Below are positions 1-11,132 of a DNA stretch of 64,000 bases, one piece after another; position 1 is the stretch's first letter, and the number at the start of each line of letters is the position of its first letter. Origin of the DNA: Nitrososphaerota archaeon (GTDB lineage Archaea; Thermoproteota; Nitrososphaeria_A; Caldarchaeales; Caldarchaeaceae); contig JBEPYN010000002.1 of assembly GCA_041641305.1 (NCBI GenBank), forward strand, positions 320,001 through 384,000, in the 5' to 3' direction. The notes beneath the pieces are model-generated. The model saw only the letters and a program-made list of their open reading frames with translations, was not told the origin of the DNA and ran no database searches. The translations under genes were made by a program, and so were the position numbers.

Positions 1-1227
1 GGACCTATGAGAGATGTAGGTGAATCACAGGGGCACTTCATTCTAGAAGTGGGCGTAGACATGCTCGCTGAAAAACTTGGGATAGACCCTGTAGAGTTTA
101 GGCTAAAGAACATGAGGACCAAGGAGAATGCAATAGATCCGGTCACCGGAAACAGGTATACCGGCTTCGGCCAGCCAGAGGCTTTCCTTAGAGCTATGGA
201 GAAATTCCGATGGAAAGAGAGATGGAAAGGCTGGGGGGCCCCTTCATCAGTCAATGGGACAAAGAGACGTGGCGTAGGCGTATCGCTCCTAAACGCGGCA
301 AAAGGAGCAGCATCTCCACCCATAACAGGCCAGATCGAGGTTGCACCTGATGGAACGGTGACGTTTTACACAGGGTTAACTGACCATGGTGCCGGAGGAA
401 GAACTTCATTCGCAATCATGACTGCTGAGGCCCTTGGGCTCACATCACTTGAAAACGTAAAAGTGGTTTCATCAGACACGTCAGTCACCACAAACTCCGG
501 AGTTACTGCTGGAAGCCGCTCAACACGTGTAGCGGGACTCGCGATAGTTAAGGCAGTCGAAGACCTTAAGAGGCAATGGTTTCCAATTATCGCTGAGAAG
601 CTGGGCGTAAAACCAGAAGACCTTGAATTCGGCGACAACAGGGTCTACGTCAAAAACGACCCAGCCAAAGGAATGTCATTTAAAGAGGCGGCCGCACTGC
701 TCAAAGCCCCTATAAAAGGATACGGCACATTCACACTACCTCAAGGAATAGTATCAAGAGTAGGCGGCGTCAAATTCGTAGAGGTAGAGGTGGATGTTGT
801 AAGCGGCGAGGTACACGTAACAGAGTATGTCTCCGGGATGGACATAGGACGGGTTATTTTCTGGAAAGGTGCAGAAAGCCAAGTTAGAGGAGGTTTCGTC
901 GGCATGGGCATGGGTGAAACATTCTTCCAAGAAATAATCCTTGATCCAGTTACAGGCGGCTATCTCAACCCCAACCTCCATGACTTCCGTATCCCAACCA
1001 TCATGGAGGCTCCCGACAAGATTGACTACCATTGGGAGGAATACCATGACCCAATATCAGGGTTCGGGGAGAAAGGAATTGGAGAAAATGTGTTAACAGG
1101 TGTGAGTCCCGTTATTGCAAACGCCCTCAGTAATGCGCTTGGCGGCTATAGGTTCACAAAACTGCCTATTAATAAGAAAGATATCATGGAAGCAATAGCT
1201 TGGATGCGGAGGAGGGGGATGATATGA
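1..1227 (+). CDS. Xanthine dehydrogenase family molybdopterin-binding subunit (5'-truncated by window)
   Basis: Motifs DPVEFRLKN, GSRST, VEVEVD..GEV, SQVRGG, NPNLHDFRIPT, KGIGE. Confidence 0.92.
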   Translation, partial: GPMRDVGESQGHFILEVGVDMLAEKLGIDPVEFRLKNMRTKENAIDPVTGNRYTGFGQPEAFLRAMEKFRWKERWKGWGAPSSVNGTKRRGVGVSLLNAAKGAASPPITGQIEVAPDGTVTFYTGLTDHGAGGRTSFAIMTAEALGLTSLENVKVVSSDTSVTTNSGVTAGSRSTRVAGLAIVKAVEDLKRQWFPIIAEKLGVKPEDLEFGDNRVYVKNDPAKGMSFKEAAALLKAPIKGYGTFTLPQGIVSRVGGVKFVEVEVDVVSGEVHVTEYVSGMDIGRVIFWKGAESQVRGGFVGMGMGETFFQEIILDPVTGGYLNPNLHDFRIPTIMEAPDKIDYHWEEYHDPISGFGEKGIGENVLTGVSPVIANALSNALGGYRFTKLPINKKDIMEAIAWMRRRGMI

Positions 1228-2228
1228 GAAGTGAAGTAAAAAGAATGGGCCTTCTCCAGCCTTCGACACTACAAGAAGCAGTTAGCTTACTTGACCGTTT
1301 TGGTAACGAGGCGAAAATTGTAGCAGGCGGAACAGACCTACTATATCTGGTGAAGAACGGCGTAAAATCGCATATACCGCAGCTCATGATTGACATCTCT
1401 GGACTTGGACTCTCTTACATAAACTTCGATGGAGAAGGGCTAAGGATAGGTGCAACAACGCATCTTAGCGAGGTTGCGGAGAATGATATCGTTAGGGAAC
1501 GTTTCACAGTCTTGGCCGAGGCAGCGGAGAGAGCGGCATCTCCACAGCTTAGGAACATGGCTACAATAGGTGGCGACCTTCTCCAAGAGGTCTGGTGCTG
1601 GTATCTGCGCTACAACTATGACTGCTGGCGAAACGGTGGAACAATCTGCTATGGAGCCATAGGCGACAACCGTTTTTACCACAGTATTTTCGGCGGCAGA
1701 CTATGCTACGCAGTTCACCCCGGAGATATTGCGCCAGCACTGTTTGCTCTAAACGCGCGCGTTGTGATAGCGGGACCAAGCGGAGAGAAAACTTTAAGGA
1801 TGGATGAGTTTATGCCCGGTATAGTTTTGGTCGACGGAAGAATAAAGGAAAACGTGTTAAGACGCAACGAAATTTTAAAGGAGGTTATTGTACCCACACC
1901 CCCAGCAGGCACCAAGTCGGCTTACTACAAAATTGCGGAGAGAGGGTCAATTGATTTTGCCTTGGCAAGTGTAGCAGTAGTAGCTAACATGAATGGTTCT
2001 ACAGTCAATAACATAAGCATCGTATTAGGCGGTGTTGACGTGAAGCCCAGACGCGCCAAGGACGCCGAAACATTTCTTCAAGGAAAAACGCTCAACGAAG
2101 AAAACATAACGAGAGCTGCAGACCTTGCCGTGCACGATGCACAACCACTTGCCATCGGCACCGGAAACGCATTCAGAGTAGAGATTGCACGGGGCGCAGT
2201 GACAAAAGCGCTGACCAAACTCATTTAA
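1224..2228 (+). CDS. Xanthine dehydrogenase family FAD-binding subunit with 4Fe-4S insertion (PaoB/YagS/HcrB-like)
   Basis: AGGTDL, ASPQLRNMATIGG, Cys cluster CWY..C......C...C; ATG at 1224 overlaps upstream stop. Confidence 0.92.
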   Translation: MRSEVKRMGLLQPSTLQEAVSLLDRFGNEAKIVAGGTDLLYLVKNGVKSHIPQLMIDISGLGLSYINFDGEGLRIGATTHLSEVAENDIVRERFTVLAEAAERAASPQLRNMATIGGDLLQEVWCWYLRYNYDCWRNGGTICYGAIGDNRFYHSIFGGRLCYAVHPGDIAPALFALNARVVIAGPSGEKTLRMDEFMPGIVLVDGRIKENVLRRNEILKEVIVPTPPAGTKSAYYKIAERGSIDFALASVAVVANMNGSTVNNISIVLGGVDVKPRRAKDAETFLQGKTLNEENITRAADLAVHDAQPLAIGTGNAFRVEIARGAVTKALTKLI

Positions 2229-2238
2229 CTTACAGAGT

Positions 2239-2454
2239 ATGTCTGAAGAACTCTCAATAGACGACATATACAAAAAACATAGAGGATTCTGGGTCGCCTT
2301 ACTGGTTACAGCAAGAGACGAAAACGGCCAACCTGTGAGAGGAAAAGTGGTCTGCACAGACATTGATCGATACAGACTTAGACAGGAAACCAGGGGCTAC
2401 AAAGAATTATGTATATTTTATGCAGGTGATCCAGAATATCCACTATTAGTTTGA
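2239..2454 (+). CDS. Small protein, DUF5678-like
   Basis: 71 aa, KHRGFWVAL...GKVV pattern; directly upstream of retropepsin-like genes. Confidence 0.55.
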   Translation: MSEELSIDDIYKKHRGFWVALLVTARDENGQPVRGKVVCTDIDRYRLRQETRGYKELCIFYAGDPEYPLLV

Positions 2455-2867
2455 AACTCAAGTCGAGTTCGAAACTTTTTCCAAGTTTATTTGTCTCCTT
2501 AAAAGGACGAGGGGAGTTGACTAGAGAGTATCTCGCTTTACTTTCGACCACGACCGAATACTGCGTCATGCCGCGGGTGGATGCATACATGCTTGGTTAT
2601 CCCGAAGCCATATCAGACACCATGACAGAAATGATAACTAGACCGAACTATGTTACAACACTCGCATCCGTCAACAGCTTCGTTGACGCACCTCTGCTAT
2701 CAATGAAAGAAGTAACGATAGGACAACTTACCGTCAAAAACCTCGAATTCATAGCATTTGACCTGCCCCAAGAAACTAGAATAGACGCAATTCTAGGGAG
2801 AAATTTCCTCGAAAGGGTAAAAGCAAAAATAGACTACCACAATAGGGTTATCGAACTTGAGGGCTAA
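2451..2867 (+). CDS. Retropepsin-like (clan AA) protein, catalytic Asp absent
   Basis: C-terminal DAILGRNFL...IDY motif; ALLSTT where ALLDTG is expected. Confidence 0.7.
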   Translation: MKLKSSSKLFPSLFVSLKGRGELTREYLALLSTTTEYCVMPRVDAYMLGYPEAISDTMTEMITRPNYVTTLASVNSFVDAPLLSMKEVTIGQLTVKNLEFIAFDLPQETRIDAILGRNFLERVKAKIDYHNRVIELEG

Positions 2868-3294
2868 GCTCATCCACGATTATCCAGCCATATGCATTTG
2901 TCGAGTCAAGGGGGTAAACAACTATGTCAGAGAGATACCTACACTGATCAACTTAAGTTACTGCAATAGCATTATGAACAGGACCACGGCAGCAGAACTT
3001 GGATACGCAGATGTAACATCACGCATTCAAGAACTTGAAGAATTATACCATGATAGCAAAGTTAAATATTTTTTAACATTAAAAGGCATAGAACGAGCTT
3101 ACATAATCAAGCTAAAACAGGTCACAATGGGTAAAATAATACGTCGCAACTTTCCCGTGGCTGTATTAGAAGAAGAGCTCAACCCCCACCTACCTGTAGA
3201 CATGATCCTCGGATTAGATTTTTTCAAAAACTGTAACGTTGTAATCGATTCAGGGAAAAAGAAAATCAAGGTGGGCTTTTCAAGAGAAAGGTAA
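2857..3294 (+). CDS. Second retropepsin-like protein, catalytic Asp absent
   Basis: DMILGLDFF...VVID motif; TLINLS where DTG is expected. Confidence 0.65.
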   Translation: MRAKLIHDYPAICICRVKGVNNYVREIPTLINLSYCNSIMNRTTAAELGYADVTSRIQELEELYHDSKVKYFLTLKGIERAYIIKLKQVTMGKIIRRNFPVAVLEEELNPHLPVDMILGLDFFKNCNVVIDSGKKKIKVGFSRER

Positions 3295-3907
3295 GGCGAT
3301 TGGAAGAAAGCTGAAAATCGCTAGCCATCTCGAGACCAACAGTGGTATGCAAAAGTTTAGAGATAGGTAAACATCTCACTCTCCCCCACAACACTTTATT
3401 CTCGCCCACAAACAAGGGTGTCGAATGTACATCTGTTTCCCTGTTTTCACTCGTCAATATGTAAAGATGATTGGGTGAAATCTCCTCAGCAAATTGTTCA
3501 AGGGTTTCTTTTTGCATGTCTACATCGGAAAAGGAAACATAAATATACCTATGAGGTATCTTCATTACTGCAAATATGTTTAATGTTCCAAGCTTCTTGT
3601 CAACTCTGTTAAGTACGCTGGAAGCCCCGCCTTCACCGGCGTATTCTCTCCTCAAGTATTCTTCAACAAACTCAATCAATAACTCCAAATCCATAGTCAC
3701 ATGAATTTCATCACCTGTCTTTGAAATCTGTAGCCGTCCTTTCAATTTTTCTAATACATCTCTAACCAAGTCGTCTTGGTAACTATCCGATGAAGAGCCG
3801 AAATGAATTTTTGGCATACTTCCTATTTCAGTAACCGCCTGTAACAAGAAAGGGAAAAGCCCCAGAAGGACTTTTCTTCTCATCTCGTAGGTGCTGGGGT
3901 CTGACAC
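3266..3907 (-). CDS. Hypothetical protein
   Basis: 213-aa ORF with protein-like composition. Confidence 0.55.
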   Translation of the reverse strand: MSDPSTYEMRRKVLLGLFPFLLQAVTEIGSMPKIHFGSSSDSYQDDLVRDVLEKLKGRLQISKTGDEIHVTMDLELLIEFVEEYLRREYAGEGGASSVLNRVDKKLGTLNIFAVMKIPHRYIYVSFSDVDMQKETLEQFAEEISPNHLYILTSENRETDVHSTPLFVGENKVLWGRVRCLPISKLLHTTVGLEMASDFQLSSNRLTFLLKSPP

Positions 3908-4317
3908 AACGTAGCTTCTTGTGGTCGATTAATGAATTTTTCTGTCCAACCACAAGGCGTGGTCAACCAGATATTTCTCCTCTTCCTTCTCATGGATTGA
4001 GTTTTAGTTTGTGTATCAGCGCTGTTGCAGATGCTATACTCTTTATCAGATATTTGGCGAATAATAGTAGGTTATGAAAAGAGTTGGATAATGGAGACAG
4101 CAATATCGGTTAAATTCGATATTTGGTGAAGGAAACTTGTCGTAGAATCCAGGATGGATGAAAATGGAGCACAGAAGCATCCGCAGGAGGAGAGGAAATA
4201 ATGCGGTGGAATTAAGCCAGACCGACACTCAGTAACACTCTGCCTTCCTAGGATGAGCCATACCTTAAAAAGTAGAACATAGATAAGATATTTTACCTCT
4301 TGATTAAATCTTGCTAT

Positions 4318-5316
4318 ATGGTTCTTGCCGTTAGGACCAATGGTCTTGTGAAGGTTTACGATGGGGAGATAAGGGCGTTGGATGGTGTTGACTTGAGTGT
4401 TGAAGCTGGGACGGCTTTTGCGCTTCTAGGCCCTAATGGTGCTGGGAAAACCACACTTATGCGTATATTGACGACGCAGATTAGGCCTACCGCGGGCGAT
4501 GCGTATGTTTTTGGGTTAGATGTTGTTCGACAAGGGGGTAAAGTCAGGAGGCTAATAAGTTATGTGCCCCAAGAGATGAGTGTCTGGACGGATATTAGTG
4601 GCTACGAGAATCTCCTAATATATGCGAAAATATTTGGTATACCTAGCCACGATAGAAGGATGGTTGTTGAAGAAGTTTTAGAAAACATGGGTTTAACACA
4701 TGTGAAAAATAAGCTTGTTGGAACATATTCGGGTGGGATGATTAGGAGGCTTGAGATAGCTTGTGCCATGCTAATAAAGCCCAAAATAATTTTTTTGGAT
4801 GAGCCGACAATTGGTTTAGATCCCGCAGCTAGAAAGATTGTTTGGGAGAGGCTTAAACTCTTCAAGAAAGAGTACGGAGTAACTATCTTCTTTAACACCC
4901 ACTATATGGATGAAGCCGAACTATACGCCGATGACTTAGCCATAATAAATCAGGGGAGGATAGTCGCGAGGGGTTCAAGCGAAGAGTTAAAACGTTCCTT
5001 GGGCGGCGAGATTATCGCATTTACCTTCAAGAAAGCTGTCTTCAAGCCTAAATCGACGCACGAAATCCGGAAATTAGGTTTCGTTAAAGACGTTTTTATA
5101 GAAGACGAGGGCTTAACTGTGTTTGTTGATGATGCTGAATCAGCGCTACCAATTTTAATAAATATATTGAAGAATGAAGGAATATTGGTGGAAAAAGTGT
5201 CCATCACTAAACCGACTTTGGATGATGTTTTCCTTAAATATGTTGGAACCAGGATTGTGGAGGTTGGAAGAATAAGCGAATTCAAACATATGCGCTACAT
5301 GATTATGAAGGGATAA
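4318..5316 (+). CDS. ABC transporter ATP-binding protein (DrrA-like)
   Basis: Walker A GPNGAGKT, signature YSGGM, Walker B IFLDEPT, H-loop THYMDEA. Confidence 0.95.
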   Translation: MVLAVRTNGLVKVYDGEIRALDGVDLSVEAGTAFALLGPNGAGKTTLMRILTTQIRPTAGDAYVFGLDVVRQGGKVRRLISYVPQEMSVWTDISGYENLLIYAKIFGIPSHDRRMVVEEVLENMGLTHVKNKLVGTYSGGMIRRLEIACAMLIKPKIIFLDEPTIGLDPAARKIVWERLKLFKKEYGVTIFFNTHYMDEAELYADDLAIINQGRIVARGSSEELKRSLGGEIIAFTFKKAVFKPKSTHEIRKLGFVKDVFIEDEGLTVFVDDAESALPILINILKNEGILVEKVSITKPTLDDVFLKYVGTRIVEVGRISEFKHMRYMIMKG

Positions 5317-5319
5317 GCT

Positions 5320-6085
5320 ATGTTCGAAGGCCTGAACAACACGCTGGTCATGATTGAGCTGGAGTTGAGGAGGCTGCGTCACGACAGGACGGAGTTATAC
5401 TTTAGAGCTGTTCAGCCCATACTCTGGATAGTAATCTACGGCCCCGTGATGAGCAGTGTCAGGACCATACCCACCGGAGGGGTGCCATACACAGATTTTA
5501 TAACTCCAGGTATCATGGTTCAAACGACGACGTTCGTGAGCATATTCTATGGTTTGATGATGGTTTGGGAACGGGACTCTGGCATTCTTAAGAAGTTGCT
5601 TGTCACACCAGCTTCTAGATATTCAACAGTTATTGGCCGCGCTATGGCTTCGGGCGTTAGAGCGCTGTTCCAGGCCCTAATAATACTCCCCATAGCCCTA
5701 GTGATAGGCGTACGTTTTATACCCAACCCAGCCTACCTCATCCTTGCCTTGACCATAATATTCTTCTCCTCAGGCGGATTCGCAGCCATATCAATACTAG
5801 TGGCCTCCTTCATGAAAACTAGGGATGAGGTTTTTAGGATTAGGACAGGCCATAATTATGCCGCTATTCTTCGCGAGCAACGCCCTATACCCCACCCAGA
5901 TAATGCCCCCAATCCTGAGAGAACTCTCAACCTTCAACCCTCTAAGTTATGTCGTCGACGCAGTAAGAGGGCTATTAATTACGGGCGAACTTTCAAATCT
6001 GATAATAGATCTGATTGCTATCACTATTTTCGACGCATTGTTATTCATTTTAGCGTCCATAAGTTTCAGACGCATCATAGAATGA
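5320..6085 (+). pseudogene. ABC-2 permease, frameshifted near 5826 (pseudogene or sequence error)
   Basis: Removing T5826 fuses ...MKTR to ERFLGLGQ..MPLFFASNALYP..NPLSYVVDAVR. Confidence 0.85.
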
Positions 6086-6267
6086 GGCCTATTGTCATCC
6101 TGAAGTAGGCTTGAACAAGGGAATTTACAGTGGAAATATTTCTCCTCCAAGTTGGAGGGGCTTAAGAGGCCGTGTGAGGCTAAGCGCCTAGATCAGGCCT
6201 AGCGTGAGAAAGAAGCGTATCGAAAATTTGTTGGGCTGGTTAGTCTTTCGTTATAATGGGCTGGCCG

Positions 6268-7053
6268 TCAACTAAGTATTACGCTTCCTTGTGCCTTTAG
6301 GTCTATAGAGGTCGTCAGGTTTTTCCAAGTTTTTTGAAGCGTGAGGTCACTCAACGTCATCCATGAGTTCCTTGATTTAGAGCATATGGTGTATATTAGG
6401 TAGTTGTGGGAGATAGCAGTTCTACCATTGCACATATCCATTTGATAGCTTTTTATTGTTCTCAACGCATGTTTATCGTCCTCGTCTTCGATAAATCTGT
6501 TTAATATTTTGTCGAGCCACAGTCGTGATGGTGACAAGCCGTGGGAATAGAGAAGGTTAGCAGTTTCTCTTATGGACTTCCGTTCCCGAGGGCTTGTTGA
6601 AACTGCCGGCAGCTTCGCAGTTATGTCTTCGTATTGACAGACTTCAATCATCATCATAAGTACGTTACCCCAGAAGTTCATGAAAATGCTGCCTTCGTAT
6701 TCGATCACCCACCTCAGGGTTCTGCTCAGGTTCAGCTTTTTTAGCGGCTCGTCTTTAATACGTTGTCTAGGTTTAGCAGGCCACTCAAGAAGTGACAAGG
6801 CTATGTCTGAGAGTCTCTTGGGAAAGTAGGCGCCGAGACACCATGTATCTCCTGTACCTCTTACCGGGAAAACTGTCCTGATGAGCTGCTTGTCCGCAAG
6901 ATGTCTGAAGATCATCGGGTCTATGTTCCGCACCCCTATGGCCACTCCGTTATGGTGTCCATCGGTCAAGTATGTAGCCAGTAGTATCTCAAGTTTCTCC
7001 CATGTAGCTTCTGGAAGCTGCTGTACCACTGATTTATTGTCCCATAGATTCAT
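6268..7053 (-). CDS. Hypothetical protein
   Basis: 261-aa ORF, GGTGA SD-like sequence upstream. Confidence 0.55.
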   Translation of the reverse strand: MNLWDNKSVVQQLPEATWEKLEILLATYLTDGHHNGVAIGVRNIDPMIFRHLADKQLIRTVFPVRGTGDTWCLGAYFPKRLSDIALSLLEWPAKPRQRIKDEPLKKLNLSRTLRWVIEYEGSIFMNFWGNVLMMMIEVCQYEDITAKLPAVSTSPRERKSIRETANLLYSHGLSPSRLWLDKILNRFIEDEDDKHALRTIKSYQMDMCNGRTAISHNYLIYTICSKSRNSWMTLSDLTLQKTWKNLTTSIDLKAQGSVILS

Positions 7054-7180
7054 TTCACAGTCACCTGATCAGCCATCCTCCTGCCGGGTAGCAGGATGGC
7101 GTGCAGGGCCTCTGAACTGATTCAGGGCACATTTCCCGGGTGCACCCGAGAGTTTTTGAGAAAGACATATGTGATGCCCT

Positions 7181-7844
7181 CTATCCGTTCACCTCCCCAT
7201 CGTTGGCCTTACTAAGGCTCCGGTTCTGCTGGACGCCGTCAGCCCTTAGCTTTCTATACAGGTTTTCTACTTCGTCTAGACATTTTAAGAAATCCTCCCC
7301 CAGCTTGGTGATCTTGCAGTATTCTGTATTCGCCAGAGTTTTTACAAGTCACGTATGAATAAGGTTCCCAGCCTCATGTTTCAGGAACCGTACCCCATGT
7401 GCAATGTCGCGCAGTATCTGAATATCGTTTCTAGTCAGCCATGTGATGTCAGCCACATTATGACCTCTGCTTCTCATCATATAGCTGACCAGCTTTAGCT
7501 TGTTGATGTGTAAACTATCTGGCGAAAAGCGCCACCCATATTTTAACAGGTCTACTAAGAAACCATTGGTCAGCATGTTTTTTAAACCCTTCACGATCCT
7601 AATCCTCCCGAAGTTTTCGAGAAAGGACTCCCCCTGAAGAGTTATATCCACGTATTTTTGATTTGGTGCAAAGGCCCAGTTCAACAAGCTCTGTCACCTG
7701 CTGCCTTGTCAGCCCCAGCTCCGAAGGCTTAAGGGGCCCCTCTAGGTAGAGCCGCATCAACACCTTAACCAGCTTACGCTTGCTCAAACGCTCCGCCTCT
7801 ACTTGTCTACCAATGCTTTGTCCTTCCTTTCCATTCAGGTTCAT
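7181..7844 (-). pseudogene. Tandem winged-helix protein disrupted by a frameshift (~7670) and an in-frame TGA (7349-7351)
   Basis: ELVELGL/..KYVDITLQGESFL is split across frames; after the TGA the frame continues LVK..YCKITKLGEDFL to TAG at 7181. Confidence 0.65.
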
Positions 7845-7975
7845 ACCGATTCTAGCATTCTACGTATGTCCAAAAACATAAGAGTTACATGATAGTGTCG
7901 TACAAAAACAAAGATGTAGTACACGATTCGAAAACCCACTTTCGGGCCACTCTCTTAACATATAGTCTTAATTAG

Positions 7976-8749
7976 ATGAGGATTAGGCTGAGGCCGGCAA
8001 AGACAAGAAAAATAGAGATCCGCGTAGAAGAACAAACCTACAAAGCCATAGAAAGCCAAATCAAGGCCGGAGAGGCGAGAGACATCAGCAGCTATGTGAG
8101 AAAAGCATTAGAACTCAAGCTCAGGAAAAACAACCACCAGACAACCACAAACATCTCAAAACTTCTCACCGACGAACTTGAGCAGGAGATGGAAAACTTT
8201 CTAAACTCCTCCTTAGCAGCTAAACTAGGGATAGAGAACAAGCATCAGCTAATATCCCAAGCCGTCAGATCCTTCCTACACACCTATCGCCCATTTCTCC
8301 ACAGAACGGACAGTACACGAATATTCCTGCGACTCAACGACACAATCTACGTCACAATATGTACAACACGTCCAGGGCTAGCATACCATTGGAGACAGCT
8401 CCTGAAATTCATCCATGAAAATGGCATAGCAATAAAGGTCAAGCTTTACTTATCAAGAGACAGCGAACACCTCATAGAAGCATATCTAGCAGCCCTAACT
8501 GTCAACGCCACATTCATCATAGGCAAGTTCACCGAAACCACAACCGCCAAAATGGAGCTAGAGGACACCCTCACCCTAATCAACGAGCTGGGAATACCGC
8601 TAGAGATAATAACGGCCACAGACCAATCATACAAAGGCACACAACATCTCCTCGAAGAAGCACAACAGAAAGAACAACAGCTAGAAGCCTACACCCTAAA
8701 AGAAATCGAAACAACACTCATATCAAAAAGACAAAACATAACAAATTAA
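7976..8749 (+). CDS. Ribbon-helix-helix domain protein
   Basis: N-terminal KIEIRVEEQTYKAIE..ISSYVRKAL, with a second RHH-like repeat. Confidence 0.65.
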   Translation: MRIRLRPAKTRKIEIRVEEQTYKAIESQIKAGEARDISSYVRKALELKLRKNNHQTTTNISKLLTDELEQEMENFLNSSLAAKLGIENKHQLISQAVRSFLHTYRPFLHRTDSTRIFLRLNDTIYVTICTTRPGLAYHWRQLLKFIHENGIAIKVKLYLSRDSEHLIEAYLAALTVNATFIIGKFTETTTAKMELEDTLTLINELGIPLEIITATDQSYKGTQHLLEEAQQKEQQLEAYTLKEIETTLISKRQNITN

Positions 8750-8755
8750 ACAGAC

Positions 8756-8784
8756 AAAACACCCAAAAAAGAAAAAAGAAAAAG
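8756..8784 (-). terminator. U-rich archaeal terminator after rps19
   Basis: CTTTTTCTTTTTCTTTTTTG on the minus strand directly after the stop codon. Confidence 0.6.
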
Positions 8785-9204
8785 TCACTTCAACGGGACG
8801 TACATGCTGCTTCTGGTGGCTCCTATGCCTGCTCTTCCGTGGACAACTCTTTTGTTTGTAATGGCGTATTCGCCTAGTCTATGGCCTATCATTTCGGGTG
8901 TTATCTCGACGGGTTGGAATTCTTTTCCGTTGTGGACATGTATGGTGAGGCCGACCATTTCGGGGAGTATGAACATGTCGCGGCAGTGTGTTTTGATGGG
9001 TTTCTCGAGCTTCTGACCTGATTCGAGAAGTTTTTTGGCTTTGCGGATTTTGAGGAGGAGTTTGGACTGGGCGGGTGTGAGGCCCCGTTTGTAGAGGCTG
9101 CGTCGCGCTCTGCTGGGGAGAAGCTTGATTACGGTATCCATGCTCATCGACTTAAGCTGTTCGACGGTGTATCCGCGGTATGTCAGCTCCCTAACCATTT
9201 CCAC
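8785..9204 (-). CDS. rps19p: 30S ribosomal protein S19
   Basis: [37 protein letters not shown]. Confidence 0.97.
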   Translation of the reverse strand: MEMVRELTYRGYTVEQLKSMSMDTVIKLLPSRARRSLYKRGLTPAQSKLLLKIRKAKKLLESGQKLEKPIKTHCRDMFILPEMVGLTIHVHNGKEFQPVEITPEMIGHRLGEYAITNKRVVHGRAGIGATRSSMYVPLK

Positions 9205-9317
9205 CTATGTTCAGGAACGGTTTCTAATAAAGACACTCCTCTACCACGCCGCCGTCTCCTGAAGCAAGGATCTGGACCCGTGAAAACCGTATGCCCCCAC
9301 GCGGTTCTTGTTGTGTT

Positions 9318-10040
9318 TTACGCTTTTTTCTTGCGGCCTGTTCTCCGTGCGGCGATGAGGCCGACTTTTCTGCCGGGTGGTGTGGTGCGTTTGACTGTTT
9401 CAGGTCTTCCGATGCGTTTGTGGCTGCCTCCGCCGAATGGGTGGACGGCGGGAACCATTGCGACTCCTCGTGACTTGGGCCAGTACCTGTGCCGTGCTCT
9501 CATCAGGTAGTATTTTGCGCCTGCTTTTAGGAAGGGTTTCTCGCCTCTTCCGCCGCCTGCCACAACACCGATGACCGCGAAAGCTTTTGCAGACACTTCC
9601 ACATCTTTCTTCGACGGCAGCTTGAGGACGGTGCGGTCTCCCAGCTGGGCGGTGACCACGGCGTAGGATCCGGAGGAGCGTACAAGCTTCCCGCCGTCGC
9701 CGGGTATCCGTTCAACGGTTGACACCACACCTCCTTCGGGAACTTTGCCTACTGGCAGGATGTTGCCGGGAGCGGGTTTAGCGGCTTCGCCTATCTCGAT
9801 GACTTGGCCCCTGTACATGCCTTCTACGGCTGGGATGTAGAACTCTGTTCCGTCGTGTCTTAGCACCGCCACTGGCGCTCCTCGGCCCGGGTCATGAACT
9901 ATGTCGCTGACAACAGCTGTCGTGAGGCTTTTCCCGCTGAAGAGCTGAGACGGGAGCCCGACCATGTATCGGCGGTGTTTAGAGGCTATGAACCGTGGCG
10001 AACCCCTGCCAATTCTCTGGGCCCTAATATTTCTTCCCAT
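9318..10040 (-). CDS. rpl2p: 50S ribosomal protein L2
   Basis: HDPGRGAP, RSSG, RGVAM..HPFGGG, GRKVGLIAARRTG. Confidence 0.97.
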   Translation of the reverse strand: MGRNIRAQRIGRGSPRFIASKHRRYMVGLPSQLFSGKSLTTAVVSDIVHDPGRGAPVAVLRHDGTEFYIPAVEGMYRGQVIEIGEAAKPAPGNILPVGKVPEGGVVSTVERIPGDGGKLVRSSGSYAVVTAQLGDRTVLKLPSKKDVEVSAKAFAVIGVVAGGGRGEKPFLKAGAKYYLMRARHRYWPKSRGVAMVPAVHPFGGGSHKRIGRPETVKRTTPPGRKVGLIAARRTGRKKKA

Positions 10041-10053
10041 AACTCTCCACCAT

Positions 10054-10314
10054 CTAGAATATTCCGAGTTTGACCGCGAGGTCGGAGGCCTTGTACTCGG
10101 GCTTGAGTTTGACGTATGCCTTTTTCTCGCCGCGGCTGGTTATCAGCGTGTTTACCTTCTCCACTTTCACGTCATAGAGCTGTTCGACGGCGTTTTTTAT
10201 CATGTGCTTGTCTGCCCTGAGGTCGACTATGAAGACCAGCTTGTTCTCGGACTCGATGAGGGATACTGTATCCTGTGTGATGTAAACACGTTTCACAACA
10301 TCCTGTGGGTTCAT
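10054..10314 (-). CDS. rpl23p: 50S ribosomal protein L23
   Basis: [24 protein letters not shown]. Confidence 0.96.
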   Translation of the reverse strand: MNPQDVVKRVYITQDTVSLIESENKLVFIVDLRADKHMIKNAVEQLYDVKVEKVNTLITSRGEKKAYVKLKPEYKASDLAVKLGIF

Positions 10315-11129
10315 TTCAGCCTCTCCTCCAGCGCTTTGAGCGCCGACTTTGTGAATAAAGTGAGTCTGCCAGGCTTTGCTCCGGGTGCGAGATGTAGGAC
10401 GCTGAGGTCTTTGGCGGTGACGACTTCTACACCAGGGATGTTTGACGCGGCTTTTCCTATTCCACGGTCGGCTGAGACAACTATCAAGGGCCCTTTTCTC
10501 CGCTTGTATCTTCTACCCCTCATCTTACCCTTTCCAGCTCTCACCTTTTTCTGGCTGCATCTCTTCAGCTCCTCGCCGAGACCAAGCTTGGCCAGAAAGC
10601 TCCTTGCCTCCGACGTCTTGGAAACGGTCTCGAGACGATCGTCCACTATCAGCGGGAGAGATGTTTGCTCAGTTATTCTATGGCCGCGTGCCTTGACGTG
10701 TTGAGGTGAGGCTGTGAATGCGAGTGCGGAGAGTAACGCGTTCCACAGTTCTTTTTTGTTGATTTTCTTATGTATCTTTTTCTCGGGTGTTGGGGGATGT
10801 GTTGGGCGACCGCCTACAGCTGAGGGAACCATGCCGCCCGCTCCATACTTTGGCGAACCTCTACCCTTTATACGGGATATGCGGGCTAATCCGAACCCGG
10901 GTCCCCATGACTCAACGGAGTGTTTGTGTCCCGAGAGCTTGGATGTGCCTTTTGGCTGGAGGCTGTGTGTCGCGAGGTGGATGTAGGCTCGTGTGACGAG
11001 GTCTTCGCGGAGAGGTGCTGAGAAAAAGTTTGGGAGCTGTATTGTTTCAGTGGCTTCGCCTTCGAGGTTGTAGACGTTGGTTGTCCGCTGCTGAGGCTTC
11101 TGGAGAAGAAGAGTAGAAGTGAAATCCAT
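10311..11129 (-). CDS. rpl4p: 50S ribosomal protein L4
   Basis: [31 protein letters not shown]. Confidence 0.97.
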   Translation of the reverse strand: MDFTSTLLLQKPQQRTTNVYNLEGEATETIQLPNFFSAPLREDLVTRAYIHLATHSLQPKGTSKLSGHKHSVESWGPGFGLARISRIKGRGSPKYGAGGMVPSAVGGRPTHPPTPEKKIHKKINKKELWNALLSALAFTASPQHVKARGHRITEQTSLPLIVDDRLETVSKTSEARSFLAKLGLGEELKRCSQKKVRAGKGKMRGRRYKRRKGPLIVVSADRGIGKAASNIPGVEVVTAKDLSVLHLAPGAKPGRLTLFTKSALKALEERLK

Positions 11130-11132
11130 TCA

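Noticed and set aside
7349-7351. Selenocysteine or other recoded TGA
   Set aside because: The context predicts Gly in a wHTH (GLV), and the gene also has a frameshift, so a pseudogene is simpler
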